NCBI GenBank assembly: GCA_965658675.1
Contig: CBFHTT010000031.1
Span: forward strand, 51,320 to 115,319
Direction: 5' to 3'
Source: Limisphaerales bacterium
Lineage (GTDB): Bacteria > Verrucomicrobiota > Verrucomicrobiia > Limisphaerales > CAZKNW01
DNA length: 64,000 nucleotides
Numbering within the stretch: the first letter of the stretch is position 1; the number at the start of each line of letters is the position of its first letter. Below, piece after piece: positions 39,391 through 49,952 of this stretch. A program made the position numbers and the translations under genes. The notes under the pieces are model-generated. The model saw only the letters and a list, made by a program, of their open reading frames with translations, was not told the DNA's origin and made no database searches.

Positions 39391-40470
39391 TTACAAAGTT
39401 GCGAAGGCTTCCATTGTAGGCTGATTGATTCTCAATTTCACGAGATTCGAGCTTTTGATCCACTGATAAGCCCTTGCCTCATCATTCAGGCGCACAGTCG
39501 GGGCTCCATCAACTTTGCCCTTATAACAGATCAGAACAAAGTGTGCATCCCTGTAAAATTCCTCCGGTTGAATACAGTCCTGAACCATAAGAAAATCGAC
39601 ATCGTTCAGGCGAATTCCAGTTTCTTCCAAAGCCTCACGAATGGCGGCATCCTTAAGCGCCTCACCTGCCTTCACCTTACCACCCGGCATCCCCCATGTA
39701 TCAGACCATTTCTGAGTCTGAACGAGAAGCCATTCGCCTCGTTCGTTCTCGATCATGATCCCTACCGTCACAACAGGCCCAGGTGACTCAGTCAACGTTG
39801 GAAGGCTCTTCAAATTCGACGGGATGGTTCCATCCAGCAATCTCGATTTCAATTCATCCAGATGCTCGACCATCCAGCTTGGATTCGCCTCTTTGAGATC
39901 GCGCATACCTGTGTAACCAGTCAACACCGCGCAGGAATGAATCCCGCCATGGTGAGCAGTCTCGATATCATGGACCATATCCCCTACGAAAACCGTCTCC
40001 TCCCCTTCCAGTTCATGGACCTCGAGGATCTCCTTTAACTTGGTTCGCTTGTCCTTCACTCCGGCATAGACACCATCAAAGAACTGATCGACTCCCAATC
40101 TGGCTGACTGTTCTCGGAAACGGTCCTCTCTAAGGGAACTCAATAGAAGGATCTTCCAACCCTGCGAATGACAGAACTCCAGGAACTCTCTCCCATGCTG
40201 GAGCATCGGAACATTCTCATGCAGTTCTTCAAACTTCTCGTGAAATCCGATCTCCAATAAATCCACTTCTACATGCGGAAGGTGCTCTCGATAGAAGTCA
40301 GGATAAGGAAGATAAAAGATATCTCGGAACACCGATTCCGTCATGGCTTCAAAACCATGAGGGACCATTGTGTGGTTCATCGCCTCAATGGTCGCAGGCA
40401 GGTCATTTACCAATGTGCCTGACCAATCGAAGATGACGTTTCGAATGCGTCCTGACATGAGCGGGGTCAA
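39391..40470 (-). CDS. HAD-superfamily phosphatase fused to a NUDIX hydrolase domain.
   Basis: N-terminus VIFDWSGTLVND (HAD motif I) and GDMVHD (motif IV). C-terminus GGKVKAGEALKDAAIREALEETGI Nudix box. Confidence 0.8.
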   Translation of the reverse strand: MTPLMSGRIRNVIFDWSGTLVNDLPATIEAMNHTMVPHGFEAMTESVFRDIFYLPYPDFYREHLPHVEVDLLEIGFHEKFEELHENVPMLQHGREFLEFCHSQGWKILLLSSLREDRFREQSARLGVDQFFDGVYAGVKDKRTKLKEILEVHELEGEETVFVGDMVHDIETAHHGGIHSCAVLTGYTGMRDLKEANPSWMVEHLDELKSRLLDGTIPSNLKSLPTLTESPGPVVTVGIMIENERGEWLLVQTQKWSDTWGMPGGKVKAGEALKDAAIREALEETGIRLNDVDFLMVQDCIQPEEFYRDAHFVLICYKGKVDGAPTVRLNDEARAYQWIKSSNLVKLRINQPTMEAFATL

Positions 40471-41702
40471 CCAGCCTCATCCGTCACAGCATCACCATCG
40501 ACAGGATTGGCAGTGTCCTCACTCCCTCTGAGTTTGCCATATGCGATCACTGCAGCCACCACAGCCACACCAGCACAGACAAAATAAGGAAGACGCTGGC
40601 TGTAATCAGAAAGTCCCAGCGCAAACAGAGGCCCCACCATTCTGGCCAGACTGCCAGCGCTCTGGGCCACGCCCATGGTCACTCCCTGCTCATCCTTGGG
40701 TGTCTTCAATGAGAGCAGCCCGAAGGTCGGAGGACGATTCAATCCGGAACCCAATGCGAAGATGGCCAGACCTCCAAGGATGGCCATTTTGGAACTGGCG
40801 ATTGGCAACACCACCATGCCTACGGCAAGAATGACGAGACTCAGAAAAATCAGATTCGTTTCACCAAATTTCTTTACCAGCCTGCCAACAAGTCCTCCCT
40901 GAATAAACGCCCCCAGCAAGCCACAATAGGAAAACAGAAACGCGATATCACCAGGTCCATATCCAACAGCCTTCTTAAGAACAAGCGGGTAGCTGCTCTC
41001 AAAACAGGAAAAACAAAAAGTCGCTAAAAAGAAGAGCCCGATCAACAGACCGATCTTCGGACGCCTTAACACCTTTCTCCACTGCTCCAAGCGGGGAGTC
41101 CGATCTGCACTGACCGAGTTGTCAGGCTTCCAGCTCTCCCCAAGAAAGAAGATAGCCATCAGAAAATTTAGAAAACAGATCGAGGCAGCAAAGATACCTG
41201 GGCCGGTCGCTCCCATCAGTTTGATACTGGCACCACCAATTGCCGGGCCAAAAATGAAGCCCAAGCCAAACGCCATTCCAATCAACCCCATGCGTTTGGA
41301 GCGCTTTTCAGGTTCTGTGATATCAGCGATATAGGCACTGGCCACCGAAAGATTGGCACCACAGACACCAGCAAAGAATCTGGAGACAAAGAGCCACATC
41401 AACGCTTGACCACCTTCCATGGTGGAGGCATAGGCAAATAATCCGTAGGAACACGAACTCCCGAAAAGACTCATCAAGATGATCGGTCGCCGTCCTATAC
41501 GATCGGACCAACGGCCCCAGATCGGAGCAAAGATAAACTGTGCAAAGGAGTAGCTGGCAACAATCAGGCCGTTCAACCAACCAGAGGCACCGAATTCATC
41601 GGCGTAGGTTGGCAGCATCGGCAATACAATGCCGAAACCGACCAGATCCACAAAAACGGTCAAAAAGATGACCAATATCGAAGTCTTTCTCATCAAAAAC
41701 AA
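40467..41702 (-). CDS. MFS transporter (drug/H+ antiporter-like, 12 TM).
   Basis: 411 aa. GRWSDRIGRRPIIL MFS loop motif. 12 predicted TM helices. ATGA overlap with the downstream HAD-NUDIX gene. Confidence 0.8.
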   Translation of the reverse strand: MFLMRKTSILVIFLTVFVDLVGFGIVLPMLPTYADEFGASGWLNGLIVASYSFAQFIFAPIWGRWSDRIGRRPIILMSLFGSSCSYGLFAYASTMEGGQALMWLFVSRFFAGVCGANLSVASAYIADITEPEKRSKRMGLIGMAFGLGFIFGPAIGGASIKLMGATGPGIFAASICFLNFLMAIFFLGESWKPDNSVSADRTPRLEQWRKVLRRPKIGLLIGLFFLATFCFSCFESSYPLVLKKAVGYGPGDIAFLFSYCGLLGAFIQGGLVGRLVKKFGETNLIFLSLVILAVGMVVLPIASSKMAILGGLAIFALGSGLNRPPTFGLLSLKTPKDEQGVTMGVAQSAGSLARMVGPLFALGLSDYSQRLPYFVCAGVAVVAAVIAYGKLRGSEDTANPVDGDAVTDEAG

Positions 41703-41768
41703 ATTACAAACGGAAGCGGGAGCCTATTCAACCAACCCGTTGGGATCGACACGAAAACTCAGAAATTC

Positions 41769-43331
41769 CTAACGAAGGTAGCTCACCAGCCCTTTCCGTA
41801 TCGCTTCGCGGTTCTCTGCGTCCCTGAATTCCGTCGGATTGAAATCATCTGTCAGTACAATACCGCTCTCCGGATTCGTCACCGTCGTTCCCTCATATGC
41901 CCTCTGCACAACTCCCTGAACCTGAGGATGGATGTTGGACATATCCGGTTGCCTCACGAACTCCAGAGTCTCCCGCTTGGATGCGACAAAGAATACGTTG
42001 CCATTTCCTGAATGATGGATCCTCACCGAGCTGAAGACCGACTGCAGTGTCTGATCCAATGACGATGTGAAGAAATCCTGCCCCGGCTCAAAATTTCCAA
42101 AACTGTTGATCACCAAGACAGCCTCATTTGACATGACTTTGGCGATCCCTTGAAAGGCCTCCTTTGACATCAGATGCGACGGAGATGCATCGCCAAGGAA
42201 CGCATCCAAAATCACACAGTCATATTGCTCATTGCTCTCGTTTACGAAATGGCGACCGTCGTCGATGACAATGTTCATGCGATCTGGCTCCAGCCCAAAA
42301 TACTGTTTCCCCACATCGACCACCTCTGGATTGATTTCCACCACATCCACCTCGACTCCCTCGTCCACAAGGTCCATAGGCACAATTCCCACGCCCAACC
42401 CAATGCAGAGCGTCTTTTCGTTCTGTGGCACATAGACCTTGGACAAGCCATGAAGCATGTATGTGAAAAGCGTTGTGCTCTGTTCCGTTGCCGGATCGTA
42501 AATATTCTGTGTCAGGCGATCATTCAGGTAGTAGAGATATCCCGAGTCCTTTGCCTTCCAGACGCGCAAGTCTCCAAAATTTGAATTGCGGCGATCCAAC
42601 TCATCAAAGTCCTTTGAATCCATTGTCAGGTCTGCCCGCGCAGCCAATCCTCCGATCAAGAGCGCCACCACACTAACGCCCGCGGCCTTCACCTTCCCTG
42701 CCTTCAATCCCCAGATCGCAAAATAGCTTCCACCCAACACAAGCAACACCAATGAAGTTACCCACATGGTCACCGAATTCGGCATGAGAGGGATCAGTAC
42801 ATACCCAATCAACACTGCACCAAAGACACTGCCAAAGGTGCTCACTGCAGAAAGTCGTCCTACCTGTCCGCCGACCTTGGAAAGATCCAACGTAAGAACA
42901 CGGATAAAGAACGGACCAACCGCAGCCAACAAAGTTAGAGGAACAAAGAAGAGGAACATCGAAGCGAGAATCGACCCAACCGACAGCTTGAACCTCAGAC
43001 AACTCAGCGCGACTGCTTCAGTCATTCCCAAGGTCAACGCAAGGTAGACGGCAGCCCCCATGATACAGGCATAGATTCGCTTTAGATCTGCCGCCTTATC
43101 GACCATCCAGCCGCCAAAATAATACCCCACTGCCAAGGACACCAAGGTCACCGATATCTGGGCAGTCCACACGAAATGGGAGGTCCCCAGAAACGGAGAT
43201 AACATTCTGGCTCCCAGAATCTCAACGATCAGGATGCACGCCCCCGTCGTCGCAGCGGTCAGGTAGAGATACCGACGTAACCCGTCACTGATCTCGTCGG
43301 TCTTCTTTGCTTTGTCAGTCTTTGCAGCCAT
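41769..43331 (-). CDS. Polyamine aminopropyltransferase (spermidine/spermine synthase)-like domain fused to an N-terminal polytopic membrane domain.
   Basis: 520 aa. About 7 TM helices in the first 210 aa. C-terminal CIGLGVGIVPMDLV...VDVVEINPEVVDVGKQYF...DDGRHFV...DCVILDAF matches the SpeE-family SAM-fold motifs. Confidence 0.7.
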   Translation of the reverse strand: MAAKTDKAKKTDEISDGLRRYLYLTAATTGACILIVEILGARMLSPFLGTSHFVWTAQISVTLVSLAVGYYFGGWMVDKAADLKRIYACIMGAAVYLALTLGMTEAVALSCLRFKLSVGSILASMFLFFVPLTLLAAVGPFFIRVLTLDLSKVGGQVGRLSAVSTFGSVFGAVLIGYVLIPLMPNSVTMWVTSLVLLVLGGSYFAIWGLKAGKVKAAGVSVVALLIGGLAARADLTMDSKDFDELDRRNSNFGDLRVWKAKDSGYLYYLNDRLTQNIYDPATEQSTTLFTYMLHGLSKVYVPQNEKTLCIGLGVGIVPMDLVDEGVEVDVVEINPEVVDVGKQYFGLEPDRMNIVIDDGRHFVNESNEQYDCVILDAFLGDASPSHLMSKEAFQGIAKVMSNEAVLVINSFGNFEPGQDFFTSSLDQTLQSVFSSVRIHHSGNGNVFFVASKRETLEFVRQPDMSNIHPQVQGVVQRAYEGTTVTNPESGIVLTDDFNPTEFRDAENREAIRKGLVSYLR

Positions 43332-43390
43332 GGAAAGCGCGCAGCCTGCCCGACTGATCAGATCGAGGCAATAAGGGAGAATCTATTCCC

Positions 43391-44437
43391 TTGCCTCGCA
43401 TTATCAGAGTCAACGAATCTCCCGGCTTTCAGCAGTCCACCCATCTGATGCTACCAACCCTCCATCCAAAGCTTGAATCAGTGATCCTTGAGACCACTCA
43501 AGCAACGTCCCTGAATGTAGAGGAAGCCATTCAGGAACTCTGGAGTGGCTACGGAAACATTCTCAGGATCAAACTGACCGGAGCGGCAAATAGTTCAGTA
43601 ATCGCCAAATACGTCACGCCTCCCAACGCTCAATCACATCCTCGGGGATGGAACACGAGTCGCTCTCATGAACGGAAGCTATTCTCATATCAGGTGGAAT
43701 CCTCGTTCTACGAGCAATGGAGCAGCAAGTGTGGAGCTGATTGCCGGGTGGCTACGTTTCTTGCTCATCAGCAATTGGACGGGACAACGCTTCTGGTCAT
43801 GGAAGATCTTGATGCTGCCGGATACGCCGATCGCTTAACCTCGGTTGATTGGGAGCAAATTGACAGCTGCCTCCGTTGGCTCGCCAACTTTCACGCCACC
43901 TTCATGGGCTGCAGTCCCGATGCGCTTTGGAAGACAGGAACTTATTGGCATCTGGATACACGCCCGGATGAATGGAGCACAATGGATCAGGGCGACTTGA
44001 AGGACGCTGCCTCAACGATTGATAGTAAACTCAATCAAGCCCGCTTCCAGACGTTCGTGCATGGTGATGCCAAGCTGGCCAACTTCTGCTTTTCTTCACA
44101 GTCCGATCAAGTGGCAGCTGTGGATTTTCAATACGTGGGTGGAGGATGCGGAATGAAAGACGTCGCCTACTTCATCGGCAGTTGTCTGAATGAAGACGAA
44201 TGTGAAAAGCATGAAACTGCCCTGCTAGATTGCTACTTCAATCACCTCGAAAAGGCATTGATGATCAAGAAGCCAGATATCAATCCGTCAGATCTCATCG
44301 ACGAATGGCAGAGCCTATACCATCTGGCGTGGACGGATTTTCACCGATTCCTCAAAGGCTGGTGTCCCGATCACTGGAAGATCAACAGCTACAGCGAACG
44401 CATCGCCATAAAAGTGATTCAAGATCTGTGTGATTGA
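43391..44437 (+). CDS. Phosphotransferase-family (APH/CHK-like) small-molecule kinase.
   Basis: 348 aa. Catalytic loop [11 protein letters not shown] (H-G-D-x4-N). Downstream [14 protein letters not shown]. Confidence 0.6.
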   Translation: MPRIIRVNESPGFQQSTHLMLPTLHPKLESVILETTQATSLNVEEAIQELWSGYGNILRIKLTGAANSSVIAKYVTPPNAQSHPRGWNTSRSHERKLFSYQVESSFYEQWSSKCGADCRVATFLAHQQLDGTTLLVMEDLDAAGYADRLTSVDWEQIDSCLRWLANFHATFMGCSPDALWKTGTYWHLDTRPDEWSTMDQGDLKDAASTIDSKLNQARFQTFVHGDAKLANFCFSSQSDQVAAVDFQYVGGGCGMKDVAYFIGSCLNEDECEKHETALLDCYFNHLEKALMIKKPDINPSDLIDEWQSLYHLAWTDFHRFLKGWCPDHWKINSYSERIAIKVIQDLCD

Positions 44438-44443
44438 GCGATC

Positions 44444-45730
44444 TTACTTCCCTTTGAAGCAGAAGAGATATTTTGCACTGCGAATCAGGAGATGATTTTT
44501 GTAAGGCACGGGCATTGCGATGACAGACTCACCCATGTCGTTCTCTGAAAGAAGCTCATAGCCATTCTCGATTCCGACCACAAACACCACACCATCTTCG
44601 CGAGCAGCATACAGTTTTCCATCTGCAATCAATGGTGATGAGTAGTAGTTGGATTTATTCTTGGGCAAAGCCGCATTCCAAATGGTCTTACCAGACTTGG
44701 GATCCAGGCACTCAATCTCGCCTCGATCTCTCAAGAGATAAACTTTCCCATCGTGCGCAGCCGGACTTGGCACAAATGAACTGATGTCATTCCGCTTCCA
44801 AACCCGATGAGTCTCGGTCACATCACCACTACCATCTAGACGAATGCCATGAATGCGCGGAATCTTACGGTCATTTCTCCCAAAAGGAACCACCGCCATA
44901 TCACCCACCACAACAGGCGTAGCCACCGCCGGCCACAATGCCTTTTCATCCGGATTGAAATCACCACAAGACCAGATGATGGCGCCATCATTCGGATCGT
45001 GGACCGTCAGATGTTGAGTACCCCACACCAGCAGGGCCTCTTTGCCCTTATGTTGAATGATTTGAGGTGTGGCATAACCGTGATCCCCTTCACGCGGCGT
45101 CTTGTAGTTCCGCGCCACCTTCCATGCCAGTTTTCCTGAATCCTTCTCGAAAGCAGCAAGCCATGATTCACCTTCGTGCATCCTTGCCATGACCACGTGA
45201 TCCTTGGTCAATACAGGCGACGTGCCATGATCCCAATACAACGTGTCCGGCCCATACATCTCCACCAGATTAATCTCCCAACGCACCTTGCCTCCCAAGG
45301 TCAGTGATGCCAACGCACCGCTCTTGTAGTTTACATAGAGTTTCTTTCCGTCGGTGATCGGAGAGGGATTACTTCCAGATCCATTACGATGCCGTCCCGG
45401 GTTCTCTTTACCCAGAGACGTCTGCCACAACCGCTTTCCATCAAGACCATAAGCCTCCACCGAGTCCTTTCCATCAGCAGGCACCGTGAGATAAATGCGA
45501 CCATCAAGAACGATCGGAGTTGAGCACCCTTTCCCCGGCAACGCCACCTTCCACAAAGGCTGCTCCGCATTCAAATTCACCGGGTAGACACCACCTTCCA
45601 CACTTCCATTCCCATGAGGCCCACGCCACTGCATCCAATCAGCGCCGTTGATCGAGGAGGAAGAGATAACCGTCAGGGCAGACAACACCAATAGGCCATG
45701 CAACCGTTTTAGAAATCTGGGAAGAATCAT
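44444..45730 (-). CDS. Secreted PQQ-repeat beta-propeller protein (BamB-like fold).
   Basis: 428 aa. Signal peptide. Repeated W/G-rich beta-propeller blades (WRGPHGNG, LWQTSLG, AWKVARN, IWSCGDF, IWNAALP). Confidence 0.7.
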   Translation of the reverse strand: MILPRFLKRLHGLLVLSALTVISSSSINGADWMQWRGPHGNGSVEGGVYPVNLNAEQPLWKVALPGKGCSTPIVLDGRIYLTVPADGKDSVEAYGLDGKRLWQTSLGKENPGRHRNGSGSNPSPITDGKKLYVNYKSGALASLTLGGKVRWEINLVEMYGPDTLYWDHGTSPVLTKDHVVMARMHEGESWLAAFEKDSGKLAWKVARNYKTPREGDHGYATPQIIQHKGKEALLVWGTQHLTVHDPNDGAIIWSCGDFNPDEKALWPAVATPVVVGDMAVVPFGRNDRKIPRIHGIRLDGSGDVTETHRVWKRNDISSFVPSPAAHDGKVYLLRDRGEIECLDPKSGKTIWNAALPKNKSNYYSSPLIADGKLYAAREDGVVFVVGIENGYELLSENDMGESVIAMPVPYKNHLLIRSAKYLFCFKGK

Positions 45731-45781
45731 GAGGTGAGTCTACCCAAGCCCCTTTACCAAGTCACGTCGTTCATCAGCGAA

Positions 45782-47770
45782 TCAGACCTCCTGATTGGAA
45801 GCAAAGCCGAGGGCGTCTTCGAGCCAGTTATCCATCTTGAGAACGGATTTCCGCTGCTTGTATGCCATGCGCTGCGCGTTGGCTTGGGCTCGATGGTAGA
45901 AACGTGCCAGTATGAGAGATCGTCCGGGAACAGGCGTGGCGCTGGCCATATTCAATGACTTCTGGAGCGTCTTTCTGAGGTGCCGCTTCACCAACTCATC
46001 ATCTGCACTGACAAACGCCTGTGCACTTCCAGGATCCCCCTGTCTACCTGCTCGTCCATAAAGCTGTCTGTCGACCCTGCCTGACTCGTGCTTCTCGGTG
46101 GAGATCACATGAAGCCCACCCAGATCTTTAACCCCTTTGCCCAGCAGGATATCGGTTCCGCGGCCTGCCATATTAGTGGCGATGGTGATACGTCCACGCT
46201 CACCGGCATCAGCAATGATACCTGCTTCTTCCTGATGGTGAACGGCATTCAACAGGCGATGAATGAGCCCTGCTTCATCGAGCAGTTTGGAAAGTTTTTC
46301 AGAGGCGGTGACGCTTCGTGTTCCTACAAGGATGGGACGCCCTTTGGCATAAACCCGTTTGATTTCTCCAACAATTCCCTGCCACTTTGCTTCGTCATCA
46401 GGGAAATACCGATCAGGCCATTGCTCACGAATGCAGGGCTTGTTCGTCGGGATCTTCACAACCGCCAGACCATAGATCTGCCAAAACTCAGGAGAGGCTT
46501 CCGCGGCCGTTCCCGTCATTCCCGAAAGACGTCTGTAGAGTCTGAAAAAGCGTTGAAAACTCAGGCGGGCAATTGTCTCGGCCGGGCTACTGATTGGGAG
46601 TCCTTCCTTGGCCTCGATAGCCTGATGCATTCCCTGTCGCCAACTCCGCTGGGGCATGGGACGTCCAGTGAACTCATCCACGATCACGACCTTGTCATCC
46701 ACGATGACATATTGCTTCCCCTTCACATAAAATTCCCGCGCCACCAATGCCTGTCTGAGCAGCTCAAGCCGACGCTCCTCGCTATGCCAGAATCCAGGAA
46801 GATCAGAACAGATCTCTTCAATTCTCCGTCGCCCTTCTGGAGTCAGTTCCACTTCGCGGTATTTGGAAACGACCTTGTAATGGATCTCTGCCTCAAGCTC
46901 ATTCACCAGACGGCATGCAATCATAACCACATGCTCCAACGACTTGTTTTCCTTGGGCGCTGAAATAATCAAAGGCGTCACCGCTTCATCGATCAAGACA
47001 CTGTCCGCTTCATCAATAATCGCTATGTCCACGCCTCGCATCACCAGCTGTTCCCTCGCTCGAAACTCGGGCTTTCCCATCTGCTTTATCAATCTGCGCA
47101 CGGGGCTATTGACCGTTCCGATGCGGAGCCGATCTCTCAAAAAGTCCGCGAGTATCTCCTTACTGGTGGAGTAAGTGACGTCGCAGTTGTATCCCTTTTG
47201 ACGTTCCGGCACCTGCATGTCTCCGGTCACCCAACCCACCCGGACACCGCAGAATTCATAAAGCATCTTCAGCCACTTGGGATCGCGCTTTACGAGGTAG
47301 TCATTCACGGTGATGACATGTGTTGGCCGGCGGGTCCAGCCAGCCAGCACTGCAGCAATGCCTGCCGTCAGTGTCTTGCCCTCCCCGGTCGCCATCTCTG
47401 CAAGATACCCTTTATAGAGAGCCAGTGCCCCCATGATCTGAACCATGAACGGGCGCAGTCCCAATGTGCGCTGTGCGGCTTCGCGAACGGCAGCAAGTGC
47501 GGGAGCTACGTTCTCTTCAACATCTCTCCCTCCCCTGCGAAAGATCTGTCTGAAGGCAAATATCTTTGAGCGGAGTTCATGATCATTCATGGCCTTCCAC
47601 TCATCTGCCTGTGCCTCCACTTCTTCAGCCTGCTTTTCGATTTCTGAAAAGACACTGTTTCCACGCTTCACACGACCGATCACTGTATTCACCGCTGCGT
47701 CCAAGCCCTTGTATAACTTTCGAGGGCTCTGGCAGGAGGCACGGCGATAGTCCTGTGTCGGCGTGATCAT
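45782..47770 (-). CDS. Truncated SecA-like motor ATPase (DEAD motor NBD1-PPXD-NBD2 only, 662 aa, lacking the SecA C-terminal helical scaffold/wing/CTL).
   Basis: LGLRPFMVQIMGALALYKGYLAEMATGEGKTL (SecA Walker A region). IIDEADSVLIDEA (DEAD box). MTGTAAEASPEFWQIYGLAVVKIPTNKP. ATNMAGRGTDI. ESGRVDRQLYGRAGRQGDPGS (SecA motif VI). Start overlaps the stop of the M50-HlyD gene (ATGA). Confidence 0.8.
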   Translation of the reverse strand: MITPTQDYRRASCQSPRKLYKGLDAAVNTVIGRVKRGNSVFSEIEKQAEEVEAQADEWKAMNDHELRSKIFAFRQIFRRGGRDVEENVAPALAAVREAAQRTLGLRPFMVQIMGALALYKGYLAEMATGEGKTLTAGIAAVLAGWTRRPTHVITVNDYLVKRDPKWLKMLYEFCGVRVGWVTGDMQVPERQKGYNCDVTYSTSKEILADFLRDRLRIGTVNSPVRRLIKQMGKPEFRAREQLVMRGVDIAIIDEADSVLIDEAVTPLIISAPKENKSLEHVVMIACRLVNELEAEIHYKVVSKYREVELTPEGRRRIEEICSDLPGFWHSEERRLELLRQALVAREFYVKGKQYVIVDDKVVIVDEFTGRPMPQRSWRQGMHQAIEAKEGLPISSPAETIARLSFQRFFRLYRRLSGMTGTAAEASPEFWQIYGLAVVKIPTNKPCIREQWPDRYFPDDEAKWQGIVGEIKRVYAKGRPILVGTRSVTASEKLSKLLDEAGLIHRLLNAVHHQEEAGIIADAGERGRITIATNMAGRGTDILLGKGVKDLGGLHVISTEKHESGRVDRQLYGRAGRQGDPGSAQAFVSADDELVKRHLRKTLQKSLNMASATPVPGRSLILARFYHRAQANAQRMAYKQRKSVLKMDNWLEDALGFASNQEV

Positions 47771-49923
47771 ATCTGATAGCGGCTTTGGAGGAGCTGACGG
47801 AAACGACGTATCCAGCGCGGAATCAATGGTTCTGAACCGATGTCGAAACGCACCATTCCAGTCCGGCCGTGATGGAGCATCACCGCGTCACTCTCGGATA
47901 TCTTACCAGTCACACGGAAGAAAGGTTCTGTGGTGGAAGTGCCATTACCATCATCCTGTTTGACAGGGATCGATCCACCTGCGGACCAACCCAATGCAGC
48001 TGAAGGCAGCGAGTATTGCTCTGCCGGCACGATCACCAGGTCCTTGATCTCAAACTCCTGCTTCGATTTACCTCTGAATCTTAATTCCGCGTCAGTGGCC
48101 AACTTCTGATTGAACAGGAAGTCCACATCATCCTGCTGAACCACAGCAACAAACTCATAGGACTCCGGATTGATCAAGAGCCCTACAGGCGTGCCGCGAG
48201 CCAACCAACGTCCCTGATAGCTCTCGATTCCAGGCGCCACCCATTCCCCTGACTGACTGGCCCTGACCACAAGGTTCTCCAAATACTCTTCCAGCTGGGC
48301 GATTCGTTTCTTGGATGCATCGAGACTGCTTTTGAGCGGTTGCACATCCGCCCCTCCTGCCTGGATCGCCATTCGGATTCTTGTCTCAACTTCCTTCAGA
48401 TTGGCGAGTGCAGCCTTGTGCTGCAGTTCCAGTTGTCGGTTCGAAAGTCGGATCAACGGATCGCCCGCTTTCACCGGCTCACCCGGTGTCGCAAGGATCT
48501 CTTCCACCTGCCCCTCTGACTTGAGGGTGAGCTGCGACCATTCGGTAGATTCAATCACGCCAGGAGCACGGAAATGATATGGAAAATGAATGAAATTGAG
48601 GCAGAGGATCAGAACGGCAAAAAAAGCAATGGACACGGAAACGGCCCGCAATCGCACACGATCCAGCTGGGGACTGGTGCTCAGGTATTTGACGAATTTC
48701 CATATCGGAGCAATCACCCATGACACGATACAGATCACCGCCATGATGATTCCCACGAGAAGGAATTGATCCGCAACGAACAGAAGAATGGTCGCAAACA
48801 CAACAATCCTGTAGATGCCCGCGGCAATTCCGAAGACAGTCAAAAGCCCCGCTTCCTTCTTACTCCGCGTAGGGCTCTCAGAATTCTTCACGCCAAACAC
48901 ATAATGCTCAACCAGATGCCTCAGATGCTTGCTCGAACGTTGATGCAGGTTCGGAATATCAAGGACATCGGAAAGGATGTAATAACCATCAAAACGCAGC
49001 AACGGATTGGCGTTAAATAGCAATGTGGAGACCGAGGCGATGAACATCACATTGTAGGCCACGGCATTGACGACTCCTTGCGATGTATTGGCCCAGATCA
49101 CGGCAGCGATGGCTGCCACAAAGATCTCAACAATCATCCCTGCCGCACCGACCAACGCCCTTTTCCAACGCGAACGAAACGACCAACTGGAAGTCGCATC
49201 CATGTATGGGATGGGGGTGAAGATCAGCAACATGACACCCATGATATGGACCTCCCCTCCGTATTTCCTACAGAAGTAGGCATGTCCAAACTCATGGAAG
49301 GTCTTGATGAAGACCATCGCAATATAGAGGTAGAACAGATTGCTGGGTGCCAACACTGAGTTGGACTGATCCATGGCACTGTTCCAATTGTCTGCCACCA
49401 CCTTGAGCCCGAAGCCGACGACCAACAACCAGATCAATCCACCGATTGGAGTGATCATCTTTCCAATGTATGGAAGTGTGTTCTTCAGGAACCGATCCGG
49501 ATCGAAAAGCGGAATACGCATGAACATGATCTGGAGCAGTTTTGCCCGCGCCTCACGTTGTTTGCGTTTCTTGTATCGTTCAAAGAGCTTGGCACTGTCC
49601 GCTGCCAGGTCGTATTGGAGCAGATTGGCAAAATAGAGTTGAGACAACAGCTGGATCACTGACTCCTGCCCCGGCGCTTCTTCAGGAAATTTCTCAACAA
49701 CCTCATCCCATACATCCTGAACGGTCCGATCTGGGCGCAGACGCGATACAAACTCATACGCTGCAGGTCGAAGCCGGTAGAACTGATTACTGAAAGGATT
49801 CTCCAGAACAATCCAGCGCTCTCCCCTAAAGTTCTGCCGCCGCGTCTTCACCCCAAGGCGCAGACTGATTTTCTGGTTCGCGATGCGATACCAGCTCTCA
49901 CTGAATGTTTGATTGCCTGCCAC
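47767..49923 (-). CDS. Site-2-protease (peptidase M50)-like membrane domain fused to a C-terminal HlyD-type membrane-fusion domain.
   Basis: 718 aa. About 170 aa cytoplasmic N-terminus. Polytopic region with HEFGHAY (HExxH) and NPLLRFDGYY (S2P LDG motif). Then a TM and a biotin-lipoyl/beta-barrel HlyD-like region (VKAGDPLIRLSNRQLELQ...). Confidence 0.75.
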   Translation of the reverse strand: MAGNQTFSESWYRIANQKISLRLGVKTRRQNFRGERWIVLENPFSNQFYRLRPAAYEFVSRLRPDRTVQDVWDEVVEKFPEEAPGQESVIQLLSQLYFANLLQYDLAADSAKLFERYKKRKQREARAKLLQIMFMRIPLFDPDRFLKNTLPYIGKMITPIGGLIWLLVVGFGLKVVADNWNSAMDQSNSVLAPSNLFYLYIAMVFIKTFHEFGHAYFCRKYGGEVHIMGVMLLIFTPIPYMDATSSWSFRSRWKRALVGAAGMIVEIFVAAIAAVIWANTSQGVVNAVAYNVMFIASVSTLLFNANPLLRFDGYYILSDVLDIPNLHQRSSKHLRHLVEHYVFGVKNSESPTRSKKEAGLLTVFGIAAGIYRIVVFATILLFVADQFLLVGIIMAVICIVSWVIAPIWKFVKYLSTSPQLDRVRLRAVSVSIAFFAVLILCLNFIHFPYHFRAPGVIESTEWSQLTLKSEGQVEEILATPGEPVKAGDPLIRLSNRQLELQHKAALANLKEVETRIRMAIQAGGADVQPLKSSLDASKKRIAQLEEYLENLVVRASQSGEWVAPGIESYQGRWLARGTPVGLLINPESYEFVAVVQQDDVDFLFNQKLATDAELRFRGKSKQEFEIKDLVIVPAEQYSLPSAALGWSAGGSIPVKQDDGNGTSTTEPFFRVTGKISESDAVMLHHGRTGMVRFDIGSEPLIPRWIRRFRQLLQSRYQI

Positions 49924-49952
49924 GATGGAAAACGTTGCTGAGATTCAATGCT

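Noticed and set aside
45734-45958. 74-aa plus-strand ORF immediately downstream of the SecA-like gene, considered as a possible small exported substrate.
   Set aside because: It overlaps the 3' end of the SecA-like coding region on the opposite strand and has no signal or leader-like features.
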